A DNA stretch of 57,165 nt. Source: Candidatus Zambryskiibacteriota bacterium. GTDB lineage: Bacteria; Patescibacteriota; Minisyncoccia; Phycocordibacterales; Zambryskibacteraceae. The first letter of the stretch is position 1. Every line of letters begins with the position of its first letter. The notes beneath the pieces were generated by a model. It searched no databases, had not been told where the DNA came from, and was given only the letters and a program-made list of their open reading frames with translations. The stretch is from positions 1 through 57,165 of the forward strand of contig JACPAD010000005.1 in the NCBI GenBank assembly GCA_016180955.1, given 5' to 3'. Shown here in pieces: positions 8,052-17,252 of the stretch. Position numbers and translations under genes: made by a program.

Positions 8052-9983
8052 TTACGCTTGGTGTTCTATATCTTTCTTTTTCTTGGGAGTAATGCCATGC
8101 GTTATTAATATATCTTCGAACTCTTTCTGTTCAATAGTCTCAACCTCAATAAGCCGGAGAGCGATGGCGTCCAAAACTTTCCTGTGCTCCTTGATTATCT
8201 TTTCCACTTTTTTCATCGCATCCGACATAATACTTGAAACTTCGGCATCTATCGCGGCGCCCACAACTTCCGAGTAATCCCTGTCCCCCACTCCCATGCC
8301 AAAGAGCGGTTTACCGGAAGCGGCCTCGAGAGCAATTGGGCCCATTTTGTCAGACATGCCGTATTTAGTCACCATGTCACGGGCAAGTGCTGTGGTTATC
8401 TGTAGGTCATTGCTCGGGCCGGTAGTAACGTCTCCGAAAATATTTTTTTCTACTACGTAGCCGCCAAGACCCACGGCAATGTCGTCGAGAAATTCTTTTT
8501 TCGACTGGAGCTTACGTTCTTCGAGAGGCAGCTTCATGGTATAACCGAGAGCCCTGCCTCGTGAAATTATCGAAATTTTGTGCACCGGGTCCGCGTATGG
8601 CAGGACGGAAGCGACAAGAGCGTGACCAGCTTCATGATAAGCAGTGAGTTCTTTTTCTTTCTTGCTAAGAAGATGGCTCTTGCGCTCCGGCCCCATGATT
8701 ACCTTCTCAATCGAGCGAATGAGGTCAAACTGGGAAACCTTGCTGCGTTCCTCGCGCGCCGCGAGGATAGCCGCTTCATTCATCAGAGAGTAAAGGTCCG
8801 CGCCGGAGAAACCGGGAGTACGCTCGGCAATAAGCGAGAGATTCACATCTTCGGCAAAAGGTTTTTTCCGTGCATGGATAAGCAAAATCTCTTCCCTATC
8901 CTTCCGGTCCGGTAAGTCCAGCGTCACGCGGCGGTCAAACCGCCCGGGGCGCAGAAGCGCCGGATCGAGCACGTCCGGCCGGTTGGTGGCGGCCATGACG
9001 ATTACTTTCTCATTCGGTTCAAAGCCGTCGAGTTCGACCAGAATCTGGTTTAAGGTCTGTTCGCGCTCGTCATTGCCGCCGCCAACACCCGTGCCGCGCA
9101 CGCGGCCAACTGCATCGATCTCATCGACGAAGATGATGGCGGGCGCCGCTTTTTTCGCCAAGTCAAATAAATCGCGCACGCGCGAGGCCCCCACGCCGAC
9201 AAACATCTCAACAAATTCCGAACCGGAAATCGAGAAGAAAGAAACACCAGCCTCCCCTGCCACCGCACGGGCAAGCAAGGTCTTGCCTGTGCCCGGAGCG
9301 CCCATAAGAAGAATGCCCTTGGGAATGCGAGCCCCGATATCCAGAAATTTTTTCGGATTCTTTAAAAAGTCTACGATTTCGCGTAATTCTTCTTTAGCTT
9401 CTTTAGAGCCCGCCACATCCTTGAAGGTGACACGTTGATTCTTATCGTCCGGAGAGGTCATGCGCGCCTTCGATTGGCCGAAGGTGAAGGCCTGCATGCC
9501 GGCGCCGCGCACCTGACGCGTAAGAAACCAGAGGATAAAGAGAACAAAGACGATCGGCAGAAGTATGGGCGCCAACGACCCAAACCAGTAGAGGAAGCCT
9601 TGGTCATTCTTCACCTCGATTCTTACTTGAGAGAGTTCTTCTGCCCCTACTTCGTAGTTTCTCAGAGTGGTGGAGAGAGCCGTACCTGCTTCTTTCTTAG
9701 AAATCTTTTCGTCACCGTTTTCGTAAGTGACGGCAAGTTTGTCTCCCATCACCACTATCTCGGAAACAGCTCCGGCGGAAATATCCCGGGCAAGCTCGGA
9801 GAGAGAAACTTCTTCCGCTTGTGAACCAATACCGGAGAAAAGCGAATAAGCGCTCACGAGAATAAGAAAGATAATGAGAGCAAGCATTGCCTGTCTAAAG
9901 GGAGAGCGACCAGGCGGCATCGAGCCCTTCGGATGGGTTTTCTTAATAAGCACTTTTTTAGTCTTATTGAGTTGATCTCTCAT
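8052..9983 (-). CDS. ftsH: ATP-dependent zinc metalloprotease FtsH
   Basis: Two [13 protein letters not shown]alker [17 protein letters not shown]. Start placed at ATG 9983; the ORF track extends to 10076, overlapping smpB. Confidence 0.95.
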   Translation of the reverse strand: MRDQLNKTKKVLIKKTHPKGSMPPGRSPFRQAMLALIIFLILVSAYSLFSGIGSQAEEVSLSELARDISAGAVSEIVVMGDKLAVTYENGDEKISKKEAGTALSTTLRNYEVGAEELSQVRIEVKNDQGFLYWFGSLAPILLPIVFVLFILWFLTRQVRGAGMQAFTFGQSKARMTSPDDKNQRVTFKDVAGSKEAKEELREIVDFLKNPKKFLDIGARIPKGILLMGAPGTGKTLLARAVAGEAGVSFFSISGSEFVEMFVGVGASRVRDLFDLAKKAAPAIIFVDEIDAVGRVRGTGVGGGNDEREQTLNQILVELDGFEPNEKVIVMAATNRPDVLDPALLRPGRFDRRVTLDLPDRKDREEILLIHARKKPFAEDVNLSLIAERTPGFSGADLYSLMNEAAILAAREERSKVSQFDLIRSIEKVIMGPERKSHLLSKKEKELTAYHEAGHALVASVLPYADPVHKISIISRGRALGYTMKLPLEERKLQSKKEFLDDIAVGLGGYVVEKNIFGDVTTGPSNDLQITTALARDMVTKYGMSDKMGPIALEAASGKPLFGMGVGDRDYSEVVGAAIDAEVSSIMSDAMKKVEKIIKEHRKVLDAIALRLIEVETIEQKEFEDILITHGITPKKKKDIEHQA

Positions 9984-10050
9984 GGTTCGACTTTGCTCAC
10001 CATGACCCTGAGTTTGATCGAATGGGTCATCTGTCGCATTATAATAGGAT

Positions 10051-10491
10051 ATGACAACGTTTGCCAATAATACCAAAGCGTTCTACGATTACGAGCTCAT
10101 AAAGAAATTCGGCGCCGGACTGGAACTCTTGGGCCTGGAAGTGAAGTCTATAAAGGAGGGCAAGATAAGTCTGCGCGGAGCGTTTATAGCGGTGCGCGGT
10201 AACGAAGCGTTTTTAATCGGAGCAGACATTCCCGCCTACCAGCCAAAAAACGCTCCTCAAGATTACGACGCAACAAGACCGCGAAAGCTTCTCCTCTCTA
10301 AATCAGAACTTGAGGAACTAAGAATTGCAGAGGGTACGAAAGGATTGACAATCGTGCCACTTTCGGTGCATAGTAAAGGCAGGTTTCTCAAGCTTGATAT
10401 CGCTATTGCCCGCGGCAAGAAAAAGTTCGACAAACGCCAAGCGATTAGGAAGCGCGATGTCGAGAGAGAACTTAAACGTAGCTTAAATTAA
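10051..10491 (+). CDS. smpB: SsrA-binding protein
   Basis: GLELLGLEVKSIK, RPRKLLL, RGKKKFDKR; adjacent to tmRNA. Confidence 0.95.
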   Translation: MTTFANNTKAFYDYELIKKFGAGLELLGLEVKSIKEGKISLRGAFIAVRGNEAFLIGADIPAYQPKNAPQDYDATRPRKLLLSKSELEELRIAEGTKGLTIVPLSVHSKGRFLKLDIAIARGKKKFDKRQAIRKRDVERELKRSLN

Positions 10492-10515
10492 GTCAAGAGA
10501 ACGTTGTAAATTAGC

Positions 10516-10794
10516 GTGTCCTACTTTGTTTATATCCTTCTTAGTTTAAAAGACAAGAAATTATACGTTGGATGCACAACCAATCTTGAAAAAAGATTGA
10601 TTAGACACAACAACGGTGCGGTATTTGCGACAAAAAGTAGGCGCCCTCTCGAATTAATATATAGTGAGAAATTCGAGAGTAAGACAGAAGCTTTCAATCG
10701 TGAAAGATTTTTAAAAAGTCTGTGGGGCGCCAGATTCAAAAAGAAGGTTTTAGATAAATATAAACAAAGTAGGGCAAGCCATTCATACGGCTAA
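10516..10794 (+). CDS. GIY-YIG nuclease family protein
   Basis: YFVYIL..LYVGCTTNLEKRLIRHN..RRP..E...RERFLK; GTG start. Confidence 0.9.
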   Translation: MSYFVYILLSLKDKKLYVGCTTNLEKRLIRHNNGAVFATKSRRPLELIYSEKFESKTEAFNRERFLKSLWGARFKKKVLDKYKQSRASHSYG

Positions 10795-10849
10795 AACATT
10801 TTTTAGAGAAAAATGTTCGCCCGAACATTTTGTTTACAAAATGTTTTAG
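10791..10849. repeat. Nested inverted repeats just upstream of tmRNA
   Basis: Outer CTAAAACATTTT/AAAATGTTTTAG (12 bp); inner AAAATGTTCG/CGAACATTTT (10 bp). Confidence 0.7.
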
Positions 10850-11250
10850 GGGGGTGTCAGTTTTGACACGAGACATTCTCGATACGTGCAAACGGAGCCA
10901 GAATAACTCCTTAAACTATTCTAAAAATTTAAGTGCTAACTCTATAGTTGCACGGGCAAAGTCAATTGTTTCTCCGTATTTTACGGCGAACGACTTTGTT
11001 TTCGCTTACGCTCGAGCCTAAAACTCGTCTAAGCGAACTTCTATCTCTCTGCCGTCCGGCACAGTTTGATAGATGCTTTATCTGCGGGACTGTAATTCCG
11101 ATACTGCTCTTATCGGGACCAAACTCAGAGCTTTGATTTCTGGATGTTTTGTCTAACTTAAAGTCCGGAGATCGAGAATTAAAGTTAGACTAAGCTTGTA
11201 GACCCGTATCGCGTATCCTCATGGACAGGAGTTCAACCTCCTCACCTCCA
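10850..11250 (+). ncRNA. ssrA: tmRNA
   Basis: 5' GGGGGTG pairs with 3' CACCTCC-A, T-arm AGGAG-TTCAAC-CTCCT, next to smpB; probable tag frame 10935-11021 (ANSIVARAKSIVSPYFTANDFVFAYARA*). Confidence 0.9.
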
Positions 11251-11258
11251 CTAGTAAC

Positions 11259-11290
11259 AAATCCCGCCTTAACGGCGGGGTTTGTGTTTT
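11259..11290 (+). terminator. Terminator after ssrA
   Basis: CCCGCC-TTAAC-GGCGGG followed by a T-rich tract. Confidence 0.6.
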
Positions 11291-11378
11291 TTGATAATCT
11301 TCAGAATAACCTTTTCGGTTACCACAACGTTCATTGTATTTATCATACTAAGAGATATGATTAATAGTGGAGGGACGT

Positions 11379-11564
11379 ATGACTGAATACCAGTCCGACG
11401 ACCTGATCGGCTTTGGCTGTCGAACGATCCTTGGACGCTTCGAGGGACTGAAAAATTGTCTCGCGTATATAGAGTGCCAAGCGCTCTTTAAGAAGCCGGA
11501 AGACAACCGGCTCCAGACTTTAGTTTCGGAGCCAAAGCCCCCAATCAAGTACGTCTCCGAGTAG
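11379..11564 (+). CDS. Small hypothetical protein (61 aa)
   Basis: GGAGGG SD before ATG 11379; strong hairpin directly after the stop. Confidence 0.55.
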   Translation: MTEYQSDDLIGFGCRTILGRFEGLKNCLAYIECQALFKKPEDNRLQTLVSEPKPPIKYVSE

Positions 11565-11570
11565 AGTAGC

Positions 11571-11596
11571 GCGGACAGACCTCAAGGTCTGTCCGC
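11571..11596. terminator. Terminator hairpin between convergent small genes
   Basis: GCGGACAGACC-TCAA-GGTCTGTCCGC, 11-bp stem. Confidence 0.7.
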
Positions 11597-11617
11597 CTTC
11601 TTTCTCTTCTCCTAATT

Positions 11618-11812
11618 TTATTTGGTAAGCTCATCCACCCTTTTTTCCAATTCAGCTATCCTTTCATCATCGGATTTATGATGCAGGATAAACTTTCTAA
11701 TGGTGGGCCAGAGAAGCAGTCCGATTAAGACATCGAAGAGAAAGATTAAAAATACTTCAAACTGCCAGTGGGCCGGATCTTTGAGCAGTGTCCAGAAAGT
11801 TTCGTGTTGCAT
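11618..11812 (-). CDS. Small single-TM hypothetical protein
   Basis: HWQFEVFLIFLFDVLIGLLLWP TM followed by a coiled tail. Confidence 0.7.
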   Translation of the reverse strand: MQHETFWTLLKDPAHWQFEVFLIFLFDVLIGLLLWPTIRKFILHHKSDDERIAELEKRVDELTK

Positions 11813-11834
11813 ATTTAGTCTTATAAGTATTATA

Positions 11835-11868
11835 AATCAAAAAGCAGCCAATTGGCTGCTTTTTGATT
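11835..11868. terminator. Bidirectional terminator
   Basis: AATCAAAAAGCAGCC-AATT-GGCTGCTTTTTGATT, perfect 15-bp inverted repeat. Confidence 0.75.
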
Positions 11869-11884
11869 GTTTGAGATGCGATCT

Positions 11885-12715
11885 TTAATTGCCGGAGGAG
11901 AGCTCGTTGATTTTAGCGCGAGTCTTAGGACCAACAGTGCCGTAACCTGCTACGCCGGGCTTAGCGATGTTGTACTGTTCTTGGAATTTTCTGACGGCCT
12001 GGACGGTAAGACTGCCGAAGGTTTCCGTCTCATTCCCCGGAGAACCGGGGCCGGTTGAGGCGATGATGAAGCCGTGAGTATTTAAGAATTGCTGAAGTGC
12101 CTTGACACTTCCTCCGCGAGAGCCTAGAGAAAGATTAGAAGTAAAGATGACTTTGCCGGTGGCGGCCGTCGGAGCGGCAGTCGCCCCGCCGGTAAGAGCC
12201 GCTATCTGCGCTTGCAGAGCCGCGATGGCCTTAAGAATCGATGCTATCTGCGCCTCTCGTGAAGCTGTCGCGGGGACTAAAGCAACCGTAGTCGCGTCAC
12301 CTCCTCCACCGCTGCTGCTGCTGCTTGATCCTCCAGTACCGCCGCCTTCGGGACAAGTGGTGTTCTTAGGCGTGACAGTTATCGAGATATCGTCCGCGGT
12401 ACCCTTGAAATGGATTGCGGAATTGCCAGTCTCGCAAATACTGCTTACGACGTGAGCACTTGCCCCGTTATGATCAAGTTTTTTGTTGGAAGCCGATTTT
12501 ACCGTTACCTCCGAATTGGAGTCAAGGGTGAACGTGAATGACCCATCGTCAACTCTCAGGGACTCGACAACGTTACTGTCCCCATCGACGTTGATCGTCT
12601 GTCCTTCAGCCTGTATCGAGGTACTGGAAGTTAAGGTGACGTCATTGTAAGCAGCGAAAGCAATTCCCGGCAGAAGCAGAGAAGCGACTAGGCTGGAGGT
12701 TAATAATTTTTTCAT
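11885..12715 (-). CDS. Secreted protein with C-terminal peptidoglycan-binding domain
   Basis: Signal peptide, GS linker, LSLGSRGGSVKALQQFLN...FGSLTVQAVRKFQ...G.VGPKTRAKIN. Confidence 0.85.
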   Translation of the reverse strand: MKKLLTSSLVASLLLPGIAFAAYNDVTLTSSTSIQAEGQTINVDGDSNVVESLRVDDGSFTFTLDSNSEVTVKSASNKKLDHNGASAHVVSSICETGNSAIHFKGTADDISITVTPKNTTCPEGGGTGGSSSSSSGGGGDATTVALVPATASREAQIASILKAIAALQAQIAALTGGATAAPTAATGKVIFTSNLSLGSRGGSVKALQQFLNTHGFIIASTGPGSPGNETETFGSLTVQAVRKFQEQYNIAKPGVAGYGTVGPKTRAKINELSSGN

Positions 12716-12743
12716 GGGCTAAGAGCAATTAGGGAATTAGATT

Positions 12744-13358
12744 TTACGGACAACCACCATAAGCCCAGAGTACTTGTCCTTGGGCAATAGCAGCGCCAGT
12801 GCGGAAGGTGGTAGATGATGCCGCTGCAATAGCTGCCGCGCCAAACTCAAGTCTTACCTGCGTAGCAGTGGAAGTGGCGTACATCTGGATACAGCCGACA
12901 CTCAAAGTCGAGGTAGCTGCGTTTGTGTGAGTAGTGGTAGCAGTCGTGAAGGCGAATCTACTAGTGGTAGTAGCGTTAGTGGCGGTAACATTCTGCAAGG
13001 TAGTTGAGCCACTAGCTAAGTAAGTGGTGGAGAAGAGGTCGGTAGTAGTAGCAGAAGTGCCGGTGGCATACGTGAAGGTAAAGCTCTGAAGAGTAGTAGA
13101 ACCTACTACGAAAAGGTTTCCAGCGCCATTAATGGTTGTAGTGGCCGTACCGCCGAAGAAGGCGGTGTTGTTGACGGAAAGAACGGTGCTTGAAGCGTAA
13201 TTGCTCGTAACCTTGCCGTCTGTCGTAATATTGGTGCTAACTGTCGTAGCGGCTTGAATGAGACCGGTAATAAGCAGAACAGAAACAACTACAGAGAGCA
13301 CTACCGCTACCGGGCCGCGACCGGCGATAGAACTCGTTAAATTTTTTAAGCTTGTCAT
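12744..13358 (-). CDS. Thr/Ser-rich membrane-anchored surface protein
   Basis: N-terminal TM, repeated ASST/ATTT/GSTTL segments. Confidence 0.7.
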   Translation of the reverse strand: MTSLKNLTSSIAGRGPVAVVLSVVVSVLLITGLIQAATTVSTNITTDGKVTSNYASSTVLSVNNTAFFGGTATTTINGAGNLFVVGSTTLQSFTFTYATGTSATTTDLFSTTYLASGSTTLQNVTATNATTTSRFAFTTATTTHTNAATSTLSVGCIQMYATSTATQVRLEFGAAAIAAASSTTFRTGAAIAQGQVLWAYGGCP

Positions 13359-13468
13359 TTGTATGTTACTTAATAATCCGATTAAACTCGGTGTGCTAAG
13401 AATTATACACTATGTAATATAGTGGCTAAGACCTTTAGAAAACAGAAATGGGGATAACTTTAGCGCTC

Positions 13469-14794
13469 TTAGTCTCTGAATGGGGCGAGGAAAGCGGAAA
13501 TTACGTTTGAGATGAGAGATCTGGAGTGATCATAGCTGGTAGGCTGGGTTTGGAAATCTCCTGATGACGGAGGCGCTGTAAATGTTCCTGACTCTGGAAT
13601 AGCGGAGGGAGTCTGATAAGACGCTGGTTGGGAAGACCCCTCGTAATTTTGGTAATTCTGCGTAGGTTGTTGGTATTGCTGATATTGCTGATATTGCTGA
13701 TATTGCTGATAGTCTTCCGGTTTCGGATAGGTAGTCGGCTGCGGATGAGACTGAAGTTCTCCTCCCGAGTTGGCGTCAGGTCTAGGAAAATTTTCTTGAC
13801 CGGGGAAACTTCGCTGACCAGGAAATTGACTCTGGCCTGGAAATTCTTTCTGAAATCTCTGTTCGAATTCGCTTCGGCGCTCTTCGAACTGGCTGTCTCG
13901 TTCTTGTGCCCGCCCTTCGAATTCTTCCTTCATTCGGCGACCGCGCTCTTCAAATTCTCCTTGGCGCTCTTGGAATCGTTTCTCATACTCCTCCCTTTCT
14001 TGCTCAAATCTGCCGGAGTCTTCGAACCCGCCCGGCGGCCTCATTCTTTCAAAATCCTCCTTATGTTCCTTGAAGTTCTTAAGCATTTCTCTTATTTCTT
14101 CAGGAGACTTGCCTGTCTGTTGCGCCCCAAATGAAACACACTCCTCGATCCGCTCAATACTCGAGCAATATTGGTGGCACTCCTTCTCACTCTTACAGCC
14201 TCCGGGGCCGCCGCTTTCTTTTATTTTTTCTCTTATCTTTACGCCGGTTTCATATTGCTTAATCTCCTCTTCTCCAATCAGACCTTTTTCTCTGGCGAAA
14301 GCAAAACATTCGTCCTGGTGAGATTCGTCTTCACAATACGCTCGACACTCTTCTCTCTTACAGCCACCCGGACCTCCTTCTTGCTCGATTGCTTGGAACT
14401 TCCTCATCCTCGCCGCATCTTCGGAGCTGATAAATCCGTTTTTTTCGGCGAAATTCAGGCACTCTTCACGATGGGAAACATCTTGACAGTAAGTTCTGCA
14501 TTCCTCCCCCCTGCAGCCGCCCGGACCGGTTTGATTCAAGAATTTTCTCGCCCTATTCGCTTCCTCCTCTGTCATCAAGCCGTTTTCGACTGCGAAAGTA
14601 AGGCATTCTTCCTTATGGGAATCTTCGTCACAATAGGCGCGACACTCTTTTTTGCTGGTACAATCACCTGGGCCAACGAACGCTTCTTGCGCATGTGCAA
14701 TAAGTGTAGAAGCAAGCAGTAAGAAGCAGGAAGCAAGAATAAGAATTAATACATTATTCTTAAATCCTAAATTGTAAATCTTGAATCTATTCAT
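13469..14794 (-). CDS. Secreted protein with four Cys-rich GPGGC repeats, a charged coiled region and a Q/P-rich tail
   Basis: Four repeats of GPG(G/D)C..EC..YC.....EEC..F; start placed at ATG 14794. Confidence 0.8.
   Translation of the reverse strand: MNRFKIYNLGFKNNVLILILASCFLLLASTLIAHAQEAFVGPGDCTSKKECRAYCDEDSHKEECLTFAVENGLMTEEEANRARKFLNQTGPGGCRGEECRTYCQDVSHREECLNFAEKNGFISSEDAARMRKFQAIEQEGGPGGCKREECRAYCEDESHQDECFAFAREKGLIGEEEIKQYETGVKIREKIKESGGPGGCKSEKECHQYCSSIERIEECVSFGAQQTGKSPEEIREMLKNFKEHKEDFERMRPPGGFEDSGRFEQEREEYEKRFQERQGEFEERGRRMKEEFEGRAQERDSQFEERRSEFEQRFQKEFPGQSQFPGQRSFPGQENFPRPDANSGGELQSHPQPTTYPKPEDYQQYQQYQQYQQYQQPTQNYQNYEGSSQPASYQTPSAIPESGTFTAPPSSGDFQTQPTSYDHSRSLISNVISAFLAPFRD
13674..13709. 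repeat. 9-bp tandem repeat (TATTGCTGA)x4 encoding YQQ repeats
   Basis: Direct reading of the sequence. Confidence 0.9.
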
Positions 14795-14795
14795 A

Positions 14796-15029
14796 CTATT
14801 CGAATGGATTAGTTTTAATGTTTTCGTAAGGATTGGTTGTCTCTTCAAAAGGATTCGCTGGTTTCTCTTGATTGAAGGGGTTAATCTCGTCCGCTTCGGC
14901 CTGAAGAGCTTCACTCCCGGCCTGATTATCCACTGGCGAGCTCTGCCAAAACACTCGATATCCAAAAAATACTCCTAAAATCACAATTACTATTAATACA
15001 ACTATTGTCGTTAATTTACTTTTATCCAT
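14796..15029 (-). CDS. Small membrane-anchored hypothetical protein
   Basis: N-terminal TM, repeated NPF motifs. Confidence 0.7.
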   Translation of the reverse strand: MDKSKLTTIVVLIVIVILGVFFGYRVFWQSSPVDNQAGSEALQAEADEINPFNQEKPANPFEETTNPYENIKTNPFE

Positions 15030-15047
15030 ATATTAATAATAACACGT

Positions 15048-15506
15048 TTATTTCTTGTCAATCTTACGAACTAACTCAAGCAGGAGTTCATTCTGATTTT
15101 CCAGATGAGCTATGATGACCTCCACTTCGTTTTCGGCCTTCTGGTTGATTTCAAAATCCATCTGCGCGCGCCACTCGGCCGCGCGGCCTTCGATATTCTG
15201 CCCGACCATAATGATTGGCAGAAGGATTAGCTGGAGAATATTAGAGGCGAAAAGCCAGATGACAAAGGCCGGTCCGGGGTCGAAGCGCAACTCTACCGGA
15301 CCAAACATGTTCCAAGCAAGCCAGATAATGGTCCAGAAAAATATCAGGAAGAAGAACCCGAGGGAACCCACCATGCGGTGCATGTAGACAGCAAACTTTT
15401 CTGAAGCCGACAAAGACATCAGATGCTGGATGCGGTCGTTTCTAACGGGACGGCGTCTCTGGCGCAGTTCGGCTAGAGTTGGCGGATTATGTTTGTACTC
15501 CATCAC
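15048..15506 (-). CDS. DUF1003 family membrane protein
   Basis: VGSLGFF..W..W..WN..FDP...L..L.PIIMVGQN...D.EIN.KAE. Confidence 0.85.
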   Translation of the reverse strand: MMEYKHNPPTLAELRQRRRPVRNDRIQHLMSLSASEKFAVYMHRMVGSLGFFFLIFFWTIIWLAWNMFGPVELRFDPGPAFVIWLFASNILQLILLPIIMVGQNIEGRAAEWRAQMDFEINQKAENEVEVIIAHLENQNELLLELVRKIDKK

Positions 15507-15549
15507 TTACTAGTCTATAATAAGCCCAACAATAAGTTATACACAGAAG

Positions 15550-16053
15550 TTGCAAGAACCTCTCATCAATCAGCGTATAAGGGCTCGGGAACTGCGCGTT
15601 ATCGGACCGAAAGGAGAGAACTTGGGAATACTCACTCTTGAAGAGGCCTTAAAGATTGCCGAGAAATATTCTTTGGACCTGATTGAAATCTCTCCTAATG
15701 CCACTCCCTCGGTAGCAAAGGTCGCCGACTTCGGCCGCTACCTTTACGAGGAAAATAAGAAAAGTAAGCAGTCAAAAAAGTCCCACTCGGTTGAGGTCAA
15801 AACGGTGCAAGTCAAACTCGGCACCGGCAACCACGACTTGGCCCTGAAGGCCAAAAAGGCCTCCGAATGGCTCTCCGAAGGCAATCGCGTCAAAGTAGAC
15901 CTTTTCTTACCCGGTCGCGCCAAATACCTCGACGAGAAGTTTCTTAAAGAGAGAATCGAGCGTATGTTGAAGCTTGTCTCCGTGGACTACAAAATCGCCG
16001 ACCCAGCCAAAAAGAGCCCTAAGGGCTTGACGATTATCATTGAACGGGCATAA
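15550..16053 (+). CDS. infC: Translation initiation factor IF-3
   Basis: INQRIRARELRVIG, LDLIEISP, DFGRYLYE; TTG start, exact start uncertain. Confidence 0.95.
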   Translation: MQEPLINQRIRARELRVIGPKGENLGILTLEEALKIAEKYSLDLIEISPNATPSVAKVADFGRYLYEENKKSKQSKKSHSVEVKTVQVKLGTGNHDLALKAKKASEWLSEGNRVKVDLFLPGRAKYLDEKFLKERIERMLKLVSVDYKIADPAKKSPKGLTIIIERA

Positions 16054-16066
16054 TAGAGCCTTATCA

Positions 16067-16252
16067 ATGAAAACAAATAAGTCATATTTGAAGCGGATTA
16101 AGGTGACGAAAAGGGGCAAACTTTTGACCCGCAAGGCCGGCCAGAGCCACTTCAACGCCAAGGAGCGCAGACACCAAAAATCGGCTAAAAATCGGAGCTC
16201 TGAATTTCATATGACGAACAAAGAAAGAAGCCGATTTTTGGCAAATTTTTAA
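16067..16252 (+). CDS. rpmI: 50S ribosomal protein L35
   Basis: MKTNKSYLKRIKVTKRGK..RKAGQSHF; located between infC and rplT. Confidence 0.92.
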   Translation: MKTNKSYLKRIKVTKRGKLLTRKAGQSHFNAKERRHQKSAKNRSSEFHMTNKERSRFLANF

Positions 16253-16278
16253 TTTCTAATTGTTCTAATTATTCTAAA

Positions 16279-16620
16279 ATGACTCGGGTTAAAAAAGGGG
16301 TAAATGCACTGAAGACAAGGCGGAATGTTCTCCGCAAGGTGAAGGGTTATCGCTTCGGCCGCTCGAAGAAAGAGCGACAGGCCAATGAAGCAATCTTCCA
16401 CGCCGGCACTTACGCCTTCGCCCACAGGAAGGACAAGAAGGGCGACTTCCGCCGCCTCTGGAATGTCCGTATGTCAGCTCTGCTCAAAGAGAACGGCTTC
16501 TCTTACTCCAAATTCATTTCTATGTTAAAGCGCGCCAATATAGCACTCGACAGAAAAATCCTCGCCGACCTAGCCCAAAACAATCCCGAAACTTTCAAAA
16601 AAATTCTCGAATCGATTTAA
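16279..16620 (+). CDS. rplT: 50S ribosomal protein L20
   Basis: MTRVKKG, KGYRFGRS, FRRLWNVR, LDRKILADLA. Confidence 0.97.
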   Translation: MTRVKKGVNALKTRRNVLRKVKGYRFGRSKKERQANEAIFHAGTYAFAHRKDKKGDFRRLWNVRMSALLKENGFSYSKFISMLKRANIALDRKILADLAQNNPETFKKILESI

Positions 16621-17015
16621 TCATGCAACTTCTTTTTAAAAATGATGAGGCTTGCCGCGATTGCTCCCAGTGTATCGGCCGCTAAGTCACGGCTTGTGTC
16701 CTGCCAATAGGTTTCGCCCCCACCCAAATTAGCGATGTCAAAAATGTATTCGAAGATTTCCCAGCCTATTCCTACCGCCAGAACCAATATTAAAACTATA
16801 AAGATAATACTCTTGAGCTTTGGGGCTTCAGTAAAACTGAAAAATTTGTTGAATATCCAGAACCAAAGCAGTCCCATGGAAAGACCTCCGAGAAAATGTG
16901 TTACGTTATCGAACCACCAGACGGTCCAGTATAGGTAAAAGAAATTTGCCACGAAATTGACACCGGCTACTACTATCACGGAAACGAAGGCCAACAGCAG
17001 GAACTTATTTTCCAT
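16617..17015 (-). CDS. Membrane protein, VanZ/DUF2238-like
   Basis: WFDNVTHFLGG, GIGWEIFEY, DT..DLAAD..GA. Confidence 0.65.
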   Translation of the reverse strand: MENKFLLLAFVSVIVVAGVNFVANFFYLYWTVWWFDNVTHFLGGLSMGLLWFWIFNKFFSFTEAPKLKSIIFIVLILVLAVGIGWEIFEYIFDIANLGGGETYWQDTSRDLAADTLGAIAASLIIFKKKLHD

Positions 17016-17025
17016 CACGGTATTC

Positions 17026-17061
17026 TAACAAAAATCCCGACCAATGTCGGGATTTTTGTTA
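17026..17061. terminator. Perfect 16-bp inverted repeat terminator
   Basis: TAACAAAAATCCCGAC-CAAT-GTCGGGATTTTTGTTA. Confidence 0.8.
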
Positions 17062-17184
17062 GGGTTATTTTGGTATACCCTAGTTTTGAAACTAGGTGGG
17101 TGTCCGCAGATGTATTCCGAGGAACACAGCAATTAAGACTCCCTGAATATGTTTTAGCTAGATAATACCTCAAATAACCCTAAC
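17058..17184 (-). ncRNA. Candidate 6S-like RNA
   Basis: 13-bp closing stem (17058-17070/17172-17184), rod with central bubble, TATAAT at 17187-17192 on the minus strand and a terminator at its 3' end; G-U pairs favour the minus strand. Confidence 0.55.
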
Positions 17185-17252
17185 CTATTATAACGTATGG
17201 AAATAGAAAAGCTGTTAATATCCTATAGACTTCCTCCAAAAAATATTTTGTA

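Noticed and set aside
17058-17184. SRP (4.5S) RNA
   Set aside because: Lacks the conserved GGAA tetraloop/AGCAG domain IV motif
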